Below are positions 39,093 to 51,276 of a stretch of 64,000 nucleotides of DNA, piece by piece. The stretch comes from Vicugna vicugna. Lineage: Eukaryota. Position 1 is the stretch's first letter. The number at the start of each line of letters is the position of its first letter. Below the pieces are notes generated by a model, which was not told the DNA's origin, searched no databases, and worked only from the letters and a program-made list of their open reading frames with translations. The position numbers and the translations under genes were made by a program. The stretch lies in NCBI GenBank assembly GCA_013265495.1, contig MU058781.1, forward strand, positions 6,910,522 through 6,974,521, given 5' to 3'.

Positions 39093-39313
39093 CAGACATC
39101 TCAAGTTAATGATTTTAATGCTTTTCTATGAGTGGGAAGATGCAAGAGTCCGGGCTCATTGGAAATTATTCCCCAGGTATGCCCCTTAACTATCTAAGGC
39201 CAGTATCCTATTTTTCTCTGTCCTGAATTCCCCTCAGGGCTCAGTGGCTAATGGTTTGATGGCAGGCAACATTGTTGTGTACTGGAATGGCAGGCAACAT
39301 TTTTTTGTCCACA
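38855..39313 (-). mobile_element. Solo ERV1-class LTR, MER41-like (artiodactyl type)
   Basis: TG...CA ends (tgtcaac...gtccaca), near-match 4-bp TSD gggt/tggt, internal atggcaggcaacatt direct repeat; family and orientation from recall. Confidence 0.65.
39056..39089. repeat. (CA)17 microsatellite inside the LTR
   Basis: Read directly. Confidence 0.95.
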
Positions 39314-39584
39314 TGGTTTATAAGGTTCTACATAATCCCAGTTGCTGACAATCTTGATCTCATCTCACTGACACTCTTGGCTGTTTCTCCTACACAAACA
39401 TTTGCTGTTCTCCCGAAAAACCAAGCTCTTCTCTACTTTTGGGCTTTCCACTTGCTTTTTTCTGCCAGGCAGGACTGCTTTCCCCTCAGAATCTTCAAGT
39501 GATTTTCACCTTCACATCATTTAGCTCTATGCTCAAGTGTGTCTCCTCACCCAATACCACCACTGTTCCCTTTTCATTCTTTTT

Positions 39585-40760
39585 CACTCATTCATTTTTT
39601 TCATTCAAACGTACTTATTGAGCACCTACTCTCTGCCGGTTGCGAGGAGCTAGAGAACAGAACTAAGTCCCTGCCATCTTCAGGCTTACATTCTAGTTGA
39701 AACAGTGAACAAACAAATGAATATGTGGTATGATGAGTAGCTATAAAAATAAAGCAAATTAAAGGAGATAGGAAGTATCAGTAGGATGGATGGGATTTTA
39801 TTTTACATATTTGATAATTAAGGAAGATCTTGTTAATAAGATGACATTTGAAAAGAGATCTTAAGTAAATGAGAGCAATGGAAAAATACTGGATATATTC
39901 TAAAGAATTCTCTAAAGTATTGAGTGTGGGTTATAAGTGACAAAGAAATCAATGATGACTTCGGGGTTTTGGTTCAATAACCAGAACAGAGTAGCTATTT
40001 ACTGAGATGAGGGATTGAGGGGGCTGGGGAAGGGTGATAGGGAAGGGAATCAGTTGTTTTGTTTAGGTATATTAGGTTTGAGATTCCTGTTAGCATCCAA
40101 ATGGAGATTCAGAATAGGCAGTTGGATGTGAGAGTGGCATTCAGAAGAAACTCTTTACTCAAGATACAAATGTAGCAGTTGTCAACACATAGTAGATGGT
40201 ATTTAAAGCCCTGAGACTGGAGGAAATCACTAACAAAGTGATAGCAGAGATGAGGAGGGCGTCAAGACTGTACCCTGGAGCTCGCCAATGTTTAGATGCT
40301 CAGGAAAGTAAGTGGAACCAGCAAAGGAGATGAGAAGGAGCAACCATAGCCAATGAAGTGGGAAAAGAATCCAGCAAAAAGGTTGTGTGTCAGAAGCCGA
40401 GTGATGAAGAAGTGTCTAAGGCGGAGAGAGGAGAGAGGGCAATCAGCTGGGTCAGAGGCTGCTAAATGGTCAAGTGAGATGAGAACTGAGAATTGACCAT
40501 GGGATATAAGAATGACGAATTATCAGCAACACTAATAAGAGCTATTTCTGGGATGTGGTGAGTATGGAGCTGCCCAGAAGTGGGGTTAAAAACAGGTAGT
40601 CAAGGGATGGGTTCAGACACTTCCCAAGAATTTTGCTGTTTCAGGGGAGTCAAGAAATGGAGCAGTTACTCAAAGGGAGTTTGGTCTGTAAGAAGGGAAA
40701 TGTTACTGTATGTTTATATGATGATGAAAAGGAATCAGTAAATGGAGGAAAATGATGATG
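39585..40760 (-). mobile_element. L2 LINE fragment
   Basis: Begins with reverse L2 tail (tcattc...ttattgagcacctact); continues with tttgagattcctgttagcatccaaatggag and gagatgagaactgagaattgacc motifs. Confidence 0.75.
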
Positions 40761-40774
40761 GAAGAGAGGCAGGG

Positions 40775-41160
40775 GATGTCAAGTGGGGTTCTCTCTGTGC
40801 AGATGCAGAAACAGAATTGGGGGTGCCAGATATTGACTGGAGATCAGTACCCGTCAAAGGAAGGGGGAGAAAGCAAGATCGGCAGAGAAAGAGGTCAAAC
40901 TGTGAAGCAGCCCTGACAAAGCCTCAGCATAACCCCGTGGGGAGCTCTGGGGTGAGTACAGCTTTTCAGAATGCCCTGCAGGGCTAGGCTTTTTTACACC
41001 CACCTTGCTCAGTCACTAGGAAGGGCATGGCCTCAGGTGAAGTGACTCTACAGCTGGGGCAGCCCCTGACAGATGGACGCTGTCTGTTAACCACGGGCTC
41101 TGTAGCTGGGCAACAGGTCCTTCCTTGAAGGGGGATGGAGGAGACACATCTCCATGACTA
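40775..41160. mobile_element. ERVL LTR (LTR16-like) inserted in L2
   Basis: gggagctctgggg, ggggaggaagcaagat-type motifs that break the L2 homology; family from recall. Confidence 0.5.
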
Positions 41161-41758
41161 CCTAGGAGATGAGAGGAGATGGAACCTGGTACACAAGTGG
41201 AGGAGTTGACCATAGATAGATTAACAGACAATTTCTACGTAGTAGCAGAAAGAAAGACAGAGGATATGGGTACAGACACCGGGTGGGGTTGGCAGATTTG
41301 TGGAAGCTTTAGAAGTTCTTATTTCTTTGAGTTTATCAGTGAAATCAGGAGCAAAGTCGTTGACAATGAGGATGGGAGAGGATAGTTGGAGGTTTCAGGA
41401 AAGAAGAAATGTGAACTAGTCATATAGGAGAATGGGGCATGAATAGACTGGGGAATGTAGTAGGTTTGTTGTAGCTGCAGAGGACCCGTTGAGGTCAGAG
41501 TGAGACCAGACAGGATTATTGTTTTTCTCCAGCCATATTCAGCTACTGGGAGTAGCTGCAAAGGTGGCAAAGGATTGGATGTAACCAGGTTGGCCTTTTG
41601 TCAGATAAGTATGGAGAAAGGAGAGGGGCAGGTGAACTGAAGCGCTGGGCAGGACAATGAACATAATGATGGAGAACAGAATCTGAGTTGAGTAGGGAGG
41701 AAGGCAAGGATGTAAGAGGGGTGAGTAAAAATGGGGGAGGATTAAGAAGTAAGGTCTT

Positions 41759-41923
41759 GGGGGAGAGTGTAGCTCAAGTAGTAGGGTGCATGCTTAGCAT
41801 ACACAAGGTCCTGGGTTCAATCCCCAGTACTTCCTCTAAAATAATAAATAAATAAAGAAGCCTAACTCCCTGCCCCTCAATTGTTTTTAATGAAAAGAAA
41901 TTAAAATCAATTAAATTAAAAAA
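41759..41923 (+). mobile_element. Vic-1-like tRNA-derived SINE
   Basis: gggggagagtgtagctcaagtagtag...ggtcctgggttcaatcccc; TSD taaggtctt 41750-41758 and 41924-41932. Confidence 0.9.
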
Positions 41924-43644
41924 TAAGGTCTTTATTTCCTTTGTTGCCTTTATCACTGCCTGAAATTTTTAGTTGCTTATTGTCTGTCTTCCCCACTGAA
42001 ATATAAGCTCCTTGTGGCTACAGGGACCTCGTCTTGTTCATCACAGCATTCTTGGCATATAAAGCAGGACCTAACACATACTGGGCAGTCAGTAGGTATT
42101 TGCCAAATGAATGCAAACTAAATAAACTCTTACTACGAAGTTGAAGAACATTTTTTGTTTAATGTGATGAGATGGTATATTAAGATGACAGGTTCTTTTG
42201 GCAAAAGTTTATTTAATAGCAGTTAAACAGTTTTAACAACAGAAGTTGATTTCTTACTCTGTAAAGCTCTGGGCCAGTTCAGGCAACTCCCCAGGGCTTC
42301 CTTTCATGTGGTTTACTCATTGCTCTAGGCTTCTTTGATCTTGTAGATCCACCATCTCTACATGAGTCCTTAGCGTTCACAGAGTTAGGGGAATAGATCA
42401 AGAAAAGAACTCATACCTGTCCTGTGATTCTGCTCATTGACTAGTGGCCAGATCAGTCCACCACCCCACCGGACTCATAAGGGGGCATCGACAGACTAGC
42501 TGGGGAGCACTGCTGTCTCCTCACAGAGGGGCTGATCATTACAACCAAAAAGTTACAATTGGGATGAACAGGGGATATGCCTGAAAATATTTGTTGGTTT
42601 TATTTTGGGAAACATTAAACCCTTATTCTTAAGTGCTTTGTTTCATTTTTGCCTGAGAGGTGATTTTCACATACAGTGCACACATATCTTTCTTACACAC
42701 GCATATCTGTCTTTCCCAGACTACAAGCTTCGTGGGCGGAGACCACGTCCATGCTATTTATTATTCTTCCCCAGTGCTTGGCACAGTGCCTGATACAAAT
42801 ACTTTTAAAATATTTGTTTAGTTGAAATGCATCCCCTTTTGGTTTGTAGACAGTGGCATGAGTCTGTTGTCTGGATGCTTTTTAAAGCCCTTCCAGCAAT
42901 ACCAACTCAGTAAATTAGCATGGCTTGAATAAGCTGATGCCCAGATTCTCATCTAAGCCCGGTCATAAATATAAATATAGTGACACATTTGGTTCTTCTA
43001 AAAACAAGATCTCATACTCTATTTTGGTAGAAAGAGTTGGCCAAAGTACACAGGTTAGTAATTTGAGATTAGGTTTGAAAACAGGTGAATGCAATGATAT
43101 CTGGTTGGTTGATAGACTGGATATTCTAGCTCTGACAATGGCTGGAGGAAACTATTCAAGGTAAGCCGTAGAAGGTGAGGGAAATGGTGCTGAGATTTAA
43201 TAAAAGTTGGAGAACAAAGGATAAGTCGTTACCCAATTTTGACCCTAGAATCTAATTTTGCTCTAAATTTAGCAAATATTATTTAGAACACATCTTATCA
43301 GTATATCCTGATCAACTGTTTCATGGAATGAGACCAAAGGAATAGAGAAGATAGAGCTTAGATATTATTTCCCTCGTTTACTGTAAAATAAGGAGGTCAT
43401 CTCTGTTGAAAGGGCCCTTTCTGCTTATGGACTAACATTCAGTATTTAGAGTATATTTAATGCCATCACTGTTGACAGAATCATTACATCAGAGGCAGAA
43501 AAGTGTTTTCTACTCCAAGGTGGCTAGAACTTCTCAACATTGTCACAAGATTGTCAAAATGGAGTATTATCTTAGAAAATAGATGTGAAACTCTAAAATA
43601 TTCCTATAAATCTAATTTTAAATCTACAGCCTTTTATATTTTCC

Positions 43645-43740
43645 CTTTCTTTCTTTCTTCTTTCCTTCCTTCCTTCCTTCCTTCCTTCCTTCCTTCCTTC
43701 CTTCCTTCCTTCCTTTCTTTCTCTCTGTCTCTCTCCTTCT
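43645..43740. repeat. (TTCC)n/(TTTC)n polypyrimidine microsatellite
   Basis: Read directly; occupies the tail position of the adjacent minus-strand SINE. Confidence 0.9.
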
Positions 43741-43744
43741 TGTA

Positions 43745-43857
43745 GGAGGAGTTAATTAGATTTATTTACTTATTTTTTTAATGGAGGTACTGGAGATTGA
43801 ACCCAGGACTTCATGCATGCTAGTCATCCACTCTACTACTGAGCTGTAACCTCCCAC
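43745..43857 (-). mobile_element. Vic-1-like SINE
   Basis: atggaggtactggagattgaacccaggac...catgcta...ctctactactgagct. Confidence 0.88.
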
Positions 43858-44089
43858 CTTATATTTCTTTTTTTTAACTTATTCTTTATTTAAACCAACT
43901 GGAGAAGGTTTGGAGTGGCTATCTGCACCATAGGCAGCTTGGGTTTAAAAAAATTAAATTTAGAATAAACAGATGTTTGCAAATTAGGAAAAAAAAAGAT
44001 CTTTAAAAGATAGTGCTACCTCCTAAAAATACTTTTTTAGAAAAATACATTTATCTTGTTTCTCTCCCATCTGCATCTCAAATCTAATG

Positions 44090-44310
44090 CAGGGATTCTC
44101 AAGTTGGGGAGGGGGGTTTATGCCCCCAGGGGACATTTGGCAATGTCTGGAGGCATTTTTGGTTGTTACAACTGGAGGGAGGCGTGCCTGGTGGCATCTA
44201 GTGGGTAGAGGCTCCGGATGCTGCTTAAACATCCTTTAATGCACAAGACAGTCCACACAACAAAGAATTATCTGGTTCAAAAGTCAACAGTGCTGAGATA
44301 AAGAAATCGT
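44090..44310. mobile_element. MER20-like hAT element
   Basis: tgcccccaggggacatttggcaatgtctggag...ggcatctagtgggtagagg...gatgctgcttaaacatcc...acaacaaagaattatc. Confidence 0.88.
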
Positions 44311-44677
44311 AATTCTACGCAACATACAGAACTTTCTTTTCCCAGCACTCCACTGAAACTGCTCTCATAAAGACCAATAATGAGCTCCAGTTTGACTCTG
44401 TTTAACATTCCCCCTTTCAAAACCTTTTTCTCTTGACTTGCATGACACTGCTTTCTCTTGGGTCCCCTCCTTTGCTGGCTGTCTTGTATCTGTCACCCTC
44501 TCAGGTGTTGGAGTTCTTCAGGGATCGCCACAGGCTCTTGGTTCTTTCCTTACAAGTGATTTCCCTGGGTGACTTCATCCACGCCCATGGTATCAGTGAA
44601 CTCATGCATGAGGTCTGGATTCAGTCCCCAGTATCTCCATGGAAAAACTAACTAAATAAACATAATTACCTCCTCCT

Positions 44678-44679
<2 letters not shown>

Positions 44680-44709
<30 letters not shown>
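44680..44709. repeat. Poly(A) run, A30
   Basis: Read directly. Confidence 0.95.
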
Positions 44710-44712
<3 letters not shown>

Positions 44713-47335
44713 GAGTCCAAATCAATGAATTTAACAACTTTCTCTCTCTTTGAGCACCGTGCTCTTATAATTGCGTATTAGATTTCTTCACTAAACAGCC
44801 CATTAATATGTGAAATTCAACATATGAAAAGCTAAACCCATTCTTTTTTCTAGCAAATCTCTCCTCTTTTTACTGATTCATTTCATCGCTTTGTTGTCCA
44901 CCTTGCTACTCAGGCTTGGATATTTAAGTCACCTTGGCCTGACCTCTTTGCGACTCTTCACGTGTAGTTCTCTGCGTTCGGAACCTAAACGTCTCTCATC
45001 CCCAGCCCTTTTCTTTCCAGCCATATCATCTCTCTCCTTAGCCATCGTAGTAGCTCCCTTACTGACCTCTCCTTGAAGCCTTGTCCTTCCCCTTCCTTAT
45101 GGAAAAACAAGTCCAAAACAAGGAGTAGTCTTACAAGTCCTACACACTAGCTGGTGTGTTTGTCTGGCAAACACAGAATAATCTTTTAAGACTCAAAAAA
45201 CATTGCCTTCTCCATGAAGCATTCCTCAGGTCTCTGAAGCTGATATCCCTTCCTCTCTCCCCTACGCTGTGTTCCCTTAGGACTTGGTAAGTATCTTTAT
45301 TACAGTATTTGTGAAATGATATTTTAATTACTTAGTTACATATCCACCTTTGTAGTAAACTTCACTGAAGTTAAGCTCTTTCTGAAGAGCTGCCTTCTTC
45401 CCAGTCCCCTCAAGTACCCTTTCATCCTCATCCCCAGTCCTATGCTAGCCACCATCCAGATATTTACATAACCTTTTTTAGGCATGTTTTTGTATCATGA
45501 TGCTGACACCTTGTCTGCCTTGACTGGGCATCTGACCCAAGTGAGGCCAGTTAGTCCCCTCCTTGGGAATTTGGAATTGAGAAAGAGAAGAAGAGGAAGG
45601 ATAGTTAGGATAAAGGAAGGACAGAGAGTCAAGACTGTATTCAATTCCCATTCCAGATTGTTCAGGAAGCCTATTGTATCCACCCCTTCAGCTTCCAGCT
45701 GACAGCCCTGTTACCTGTTAAACAATTCTGTTTCCCCCACTTAAGTTATCTTGACTGCATTTCTGTTACCTGCAACCATAGAATCCTGCTTCATACATCC
45801 ACTGACTATGAAGTCACTTGCCTTGATCATCTTTGTAGCTTCAGCACTTACTCTAGTAACATAGTAGATAGTACTACAGAGATACAAGATTAAGACCAGA
45901 TATAAAAATGTGGAGTCAATCAATGAATGAAGAAAGGAGGAAAGGGAGAAAGGAAAAAGAAGTGAAGAGTTAAAAAGAGGAGAGGAGAAATAGAAAAGAA
46001 AACATATGAAGGGAAATTGAGGATAGTAGACCTGAAATCAGACAGAGAGGGAAAATGCAGCAAATGATCTTAAAACAATCACAAAAAAAGAAGAGAGTGT
46101 TCCGAGGGTAAAATGTTTGGCTGTCCTGCTCTGGCTCTGCTTTCCTGAGATCAGCCAGCTTTCCCCTTGCTTTCCCTATGCCCCTGTGCTCTCAGAATAG
46201 ATGGGAGAATCCAGCAGGGAGCCCTGGTACTTCCAAGCACCTTAACCTAAGCTTTTCTTTCAATATTCTGATGGCAGCCCACCGTGCTTACAGTGAGGTC
46301 ATTCAGCTCCCAGGGGCAGCTACAGATGTCTGGACCTCAGCTAATCTAGAGAGCATGGTATAGTCCAAGTAGCATGAACTTTGACTTCAGCCAGATGGGT
46401 TCACGTGGAGGCAGGTCATAAAACGATGACATGGTAGGAGTGGAAGACAATAAAATCACTCTCAAAAAGGAGAGGCAAGCTGAGGTAGGAGGATACTGCT
46501 TTGCTGTTTACACAGCAGAATATTTGTTATATGTATATATCACTGATTCCTGCATGTCCAGTTTTCCTTTAATTTATTCCACTACTCTGTTACAAATCAA
46601 CAGGCTTTTTATTCTTCAACTGTATGAGACAGAGTTATTGTACAAATGACATATTCTGTAAATCCCCACCCCCTCAACATACCATTTTGTTTCTATCTCT
46701 AGTTTCTATTTACCTGTGTTGTTTCTCAGTTGTTTACCACCACTGACTCACCTCCTTTCAGGAAAGTTTGTCTCTCTGGGGACTTGTCCTGGGGCAGATT
46801 TCACAGAGGCATGAGGATTGTACACTGGTATTCATTGACCATGTGCCCCTACTAAAGCTCTTCTCCCCTCTCATCTCCACCTCCCACCCTTGTTTTTTTT
46901 TTTTTTTTCCTGCCTGCAGCCAGTAGCCTTTTTCAAGCAAAAAATCTGATCTCGTTGTTACCTTGTCTATAACGTTTCAATGCCTCCTCATTGTGGAATA
47001 AAGTGCAACTTTAAAACATGGCCTAGGAGACCATGGTCTGGCCTCTGCTTACCTTTCTAGCCTGTCCTTCCACTCTTCCTCTCAACCACTCCCACTCCCA
47101 CTCCCCAAAAATACTCTTCCAGCCGTAAGGAAGTTCTCTACATTCTCTGAATTGCCAGGTTTTTTCACTCTTGGCTATCTCTCCATGCGACCCTCCTCCG
47201 CTGACCCCCACCCAAACTCTTTCTTCTTTTCCTCTCCTGTCCCTGGCCAAATTACACTCAATCTTCAGGGCTCAGCTTAAAAGTCACTTCCTCTGGACTT
47301 CATGTGTCCTGCCCTCTGTCAGAGCATCTCCTTTC

Positions 47336-47451
47336 TTTTTTCCCTGGGAGGTAATTAGGTTTATTTTTTAATGGAGGTACTGGGAATTGAACACAGGGCC
47401 TCATGCATGCTAGGTATGCCCCTTATCACTGACCTGTACCCTACCCCCTAA
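47336..47451 (-). mobile_element. Vic-1-like SINE with perfect 13-bp TSD
   Basis: TSD agcatctcctttc at 47323-47335 and 47452-47464. Confidence 0.9.
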
Positions 47452-47776
47452 AGCATCTCCTTTCAACAGCCTGTTTACTTGCTTGTCTGCCCCCAATATT
47501 CAGCTTCGTGAGGCTAGGGATGTTACCCTTATTACCTCTTCTCAAGCCTAGCAGCCAGCTGTCTCAAACCAGCAAGCATTCAATGAATATCGGCTGAATG
47601 AATAAGAAGGCCAGAGCCTTTGTGCTAACCTCCCCCTCTCCCTATGTCACCTAAGCGGGCCTTTCCATTTGCAATAACTTGTTTAATGAGTTTATCTTCC
47701 AATATTGACCTCTTGCCCTGTAGAGAATCCTGACAATTCTTGTAAGCACCAATTTTTCTCCCCCAGTCCTCAGATT

Positions 47777-47836
47777 AGAAAGTTATCTGATAAGTTTAGG
47801 AAAGACAGAAAGTTATCTGATAAGTTTAGGGAAGAT
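47777..47836. repeat. 30-bp tandem duplication
   Basis: agaaagttatctgataagtttaggaaagac / agaaagttatctgataagtttagggaagat (28/30 identical). Confidence 0.95.
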
Positions 47837-48679
47837 AGTGGATTACTATGGAGTCTCTTTAATAGGTATTTGCATTTTCCAGAACTCTGTTATCAGCTGG
47901 TTGCTTTCGAAGTTAATTCCTAGTAACCTTTATGTTGTAACGTGACTGTGAATAATGACTATGAATAATACCACACTGCCTCTAACCTACCCCATAAACA
48001 TATATTATATTGGTAGGTAAATCAATGAATAAGTGGAGTGCCATTTAACAACTCACCTTCCACATTCCCAGTAGGAATTACGTCACTCCCAGCTCCTATA
48101 TGTTGGTGATACAGCGATGTTTTCACAAAGCCCTTCCTATCCCTCTTATCTTTTATATTATTCAGTATGCTCTGCCCTTTGCTAGTTCGTTTGCCATTGG
48201 AACTGTGTTTGAATACATCCACCTGCTTCTTCCCAGGCCTTTGGCTCTTCAGAACTGCGTCTTCCTGAGAACGGAGGCTCCGGGCATGCTCAGCCATCAA
48301 AGCCAGGTGAAATGACTGCCTTTGCCCTGACTCGGGGCCCTGACAGGTGACAGGTGTCTACCAAGCTAGCAGAAGAGACCTGTCTGTCTTGTACAGCTGA
48401 ACATATCCCTCCCGGGGCCAACCTAAAGTGCTGGCAACCTAAGTTTAACTAGAGGGGACGTCTACATTTTAAAAACCATAAAATGGAAGGGGCTATGTTG
48501 GAAAAATTTAAATGACTGGCCGGAGATTCTCAGAGCACAATCTACATGAATATCAACGGTTGAGTGACGTTGTGATAAAAACAAATGAGGACGGAGGCAG
48601 GGGATGAATGGAAGTGGTGCCTTGCCTTGAACCTCATTGGGCAGATCAAAGGTTTTAAAAGGGTTTTTCTGAAATCGCC

Positions 48680-49450
48680 CGGCCCCAGAATTTCAAGGAC
48701 TCTGTTGGTTCGCTGCTTGCTTCTTAGAGAGAGCGCGTTTCTGGGGGAGGCGTGTGCGTGCACGCGCGGGGGGAGGGAGGGCTCAGGAGAGGGGCCACCG
48801 CTCTCCGGAATAAACAGCAGGGGGAGAAGGGGAGCGCGCGAAGGGCCGCGGGAGGGGAGGGGGCGGCAGCTCCCGGGGCGAGCGCCGGGGGAGGGGGCCG
48901 GAGGCGCGCCGGAGGGCTGGTAGCTAGGAGACCCGCATGCCCGCTACGTGAAGCTGCTGCCCGGGGAGGCTGACAGCGGACCCCGGCGGGCGCACGCCCT
49001 GCGGGAGCCCTGCCCGCGCGGTCTGCCGGCTCCTGGCTCCGACCTCGCGCGCACGGTAAGGAGGGGCGCGGGGTGCCGCCCTCGCCCTGGGGCTGCGGGC
49101 TCGCGGTGCCAGGTGCCGGCTCGGCCTCCTCAGGCTGTCCCCTCTTGCTCCCTCCCTCCCTCGACCCCTCCCCGGGCTCCTCGGCGCCGGGCTGAGCCCC
49201 GGGCGGGCGGCCCGCTGGGACTCCAACCCGCCGCGGTCCCCGGGACCCCCGTCTCCTCTCCGCCCTCACCCCTCACTTTCCCCCCTTGCCCCGGGCAGCG
49301 CCCGAAACCCCGCGCCCCCGGCCGGAGGGTGGAAGTGGAGGCGGGAGCTCGCCCACCTCTCCAGGTGTGTGGCGCAAACACCGACGCACCGTTTTCCCCT
49401 GGAGTCTGCGATGATTTCCAGGCTGGGGTATCGCGACCTCACTCCTCCCA
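48680..49450 (+). promoter_or_regulatory. Second CpG island; probable distal promoter and non-coding first exon of RNF144B (exon ends 49055)
   Basis: CpG-dense block with GC boxes; + strand donor acg|gtaagg at 49056. Gene identity rests only on the conserved order KDM1B-DEK-RNF144B. Confidence 0.6.
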
Positions 49451-50555
49451 AAACATCCCCCCACCTTTTGTTACTATCTTAACTTTAGGAGGATAGTAAG
49501 CCGTGGTCAAGGTAGGTGTAACCGTCTTATCTTTTGTATCTGCACCAGTGATTTAGGTTCTTTGGGGTTTAGTTTTCCAGAAAATTAAACACTGTGATAA
49601 GTTTACAAGGTTTTCTGGGTGACTGTGGTGCTAGAACTTTACCACAGCTTAAAGCAGTAGCTCCTACTCGGGCTCCGAGAGCCTGATTTAGAAATCTGGG
49701 ACGTGTGTGCGCGCGCGCGCAGGGCGTGTGTGTTTGAAAAGCACTCCAGGTGACTGTGATGCGTTCTTTCCTCGTAATTACTTCAACATGTCTGTAAGGT
49801 CCTCGTGGGAAGGAGAGGGGGCTCCCAACTGTTGGTGAACATCACATGGAAATAGTAGTGTGAGCAGAGAATAAAAACGGAGTGAAAGCTGGTTCCCTTC
49901 AAGGTCGATGAATTTGGGGTGGTGTCACTGGTTTTAAGATGGCAATTTTGGGAGGGGAGGGGTAATACGTTCGTTTGAAAGTCCGATGTAGACTGGAGAG
50001 AAATACTGCACCCCCAAGAGCCCTTGTTAAAGCGTTATCTTTGAGATATCAACTTTTAAGATGTAAGAATTCCTTCACAAGCACTCTGACAATTAGAAAA
50101 GACTGAGGCCTATTCTCCCGGGAATGAGAAAACCTTCCTCCACTGTGCTTGCATTGACTGACTCTGTCAGTGACCACTGCCGTTTTCAAGTGTTGCTTAT
50201 TTTAAGGCTGAAGACCTAAAAAGACCATAGCTCTAGGAACCCAAAGAGGAATTAATCGTAGAAATTGACTTAGGTCCTGTTTACACTCCTAATTACTTGA
50301 ACCAATCTCTTCTACCCTGAATTGGTTAAGAGTGTAAATTATATTGTATTTGAATTGACACAAGTGTTGTTTCTCCATCTTGAACTTTGTTGGAGATACA
50401 GGTCTGCTGCTTTTCATGTATATCTATACCTGGACTATTCTAAGTACCTAACAGACTCTGAGTGTAACTATCAGGGAAAATAAAGATTTTTATTTGTCTG
50501 ACTTTTGGAAAAACTGAGGTGAAGGACTAATTTTTTAAAAAACCCCATAAAGTAG

Positions 50556-50718
50556 GGATGGGGAGAGTATAGCTTAAGTGGTAGAGCACATGCTTAGCAT
50601 GCAGGAAGTTCTGGGTTCAATCCCCAGTACCTCCACTAAAAAGTACCTCCACTAAAAAAATAAATAAATAAACCTAATTACTAACCCCCAGAAAAACAAA
50701 CAAAAAAACCTAAAACTA
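50556..50718 (+). mobile_element. Vic-1-like SINE with internal 16-bp duplication
   Basis: tRNA-like head; agtacctccactaaaa twice (50626-50641, 50642-50657); TSD core ccataaagt at 50545-50553 and 50719-50727. Confidence 0.9.
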
Positions 50719-51234
50719 CCATAAAGTCGGTGTAATAGTAAATCATACAACTTTTTATAAAATGAGAAGCTTGTTATGAAACAGGGATGGTATTTGATAC
50801 TTGCTTTCAAGGATGTTAAGGACAAGAAGGAGACCGCCTGTAAAGCATTTTGAACTTTTAGAGTCACTGTCTAGGTATTGAGCCAATGTAATGGTTTTCC
50901 TGGCAAACTTTCTCTCCTTTCTAAAATTAACTTTTCCCTAGGAAAAATAGTGCAGATACGCACGATTCAGCCAACTGAGTCCAGAAAATACTGTTTGAAT
51001 TTTAAAAGTGACCTTAATTCATCCCTATAGATCTAGCATTTGCAGCCTGTGACACAAAATGTGCAGAAATACTCATTGCTTGCTGACCTTTTCAAAGTAC
51101 TGGCTTAATGAGGGGGGTTACGGACAGAGTACAACATCATGTTATGAATTTTGTTGGCTTAGACAAAACTATTATTATTTTCCTAAGGTTTTTGAGTATT
51201 TGTGTGTACACTGGGTCCGGGACTTCCATAATTA

Positions 51235-51244
51235 TGTGTGTGTA

Positions 51245-51276
<32 letters not shown>
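51235..51276. repeat. Compound (GT)n(AT)n microsatellite
   Basis: Read directly. Confidence 0.9.

Noticed and set aside
48918..48943. Possible p53 response element (RNF144B is a known p53-family target)
   Set aside because: Only one imperfect half-site (ccgCATGccc) plus a poor second; it does not meet two RRRCWWGYYY half-sites.
48585..49496. Overlapping ORFs (up to 182 aa) in the second CpG island
   Set aside because: GC-driven open frames with no domain similarity and no RING/IBR cysteine pattern.
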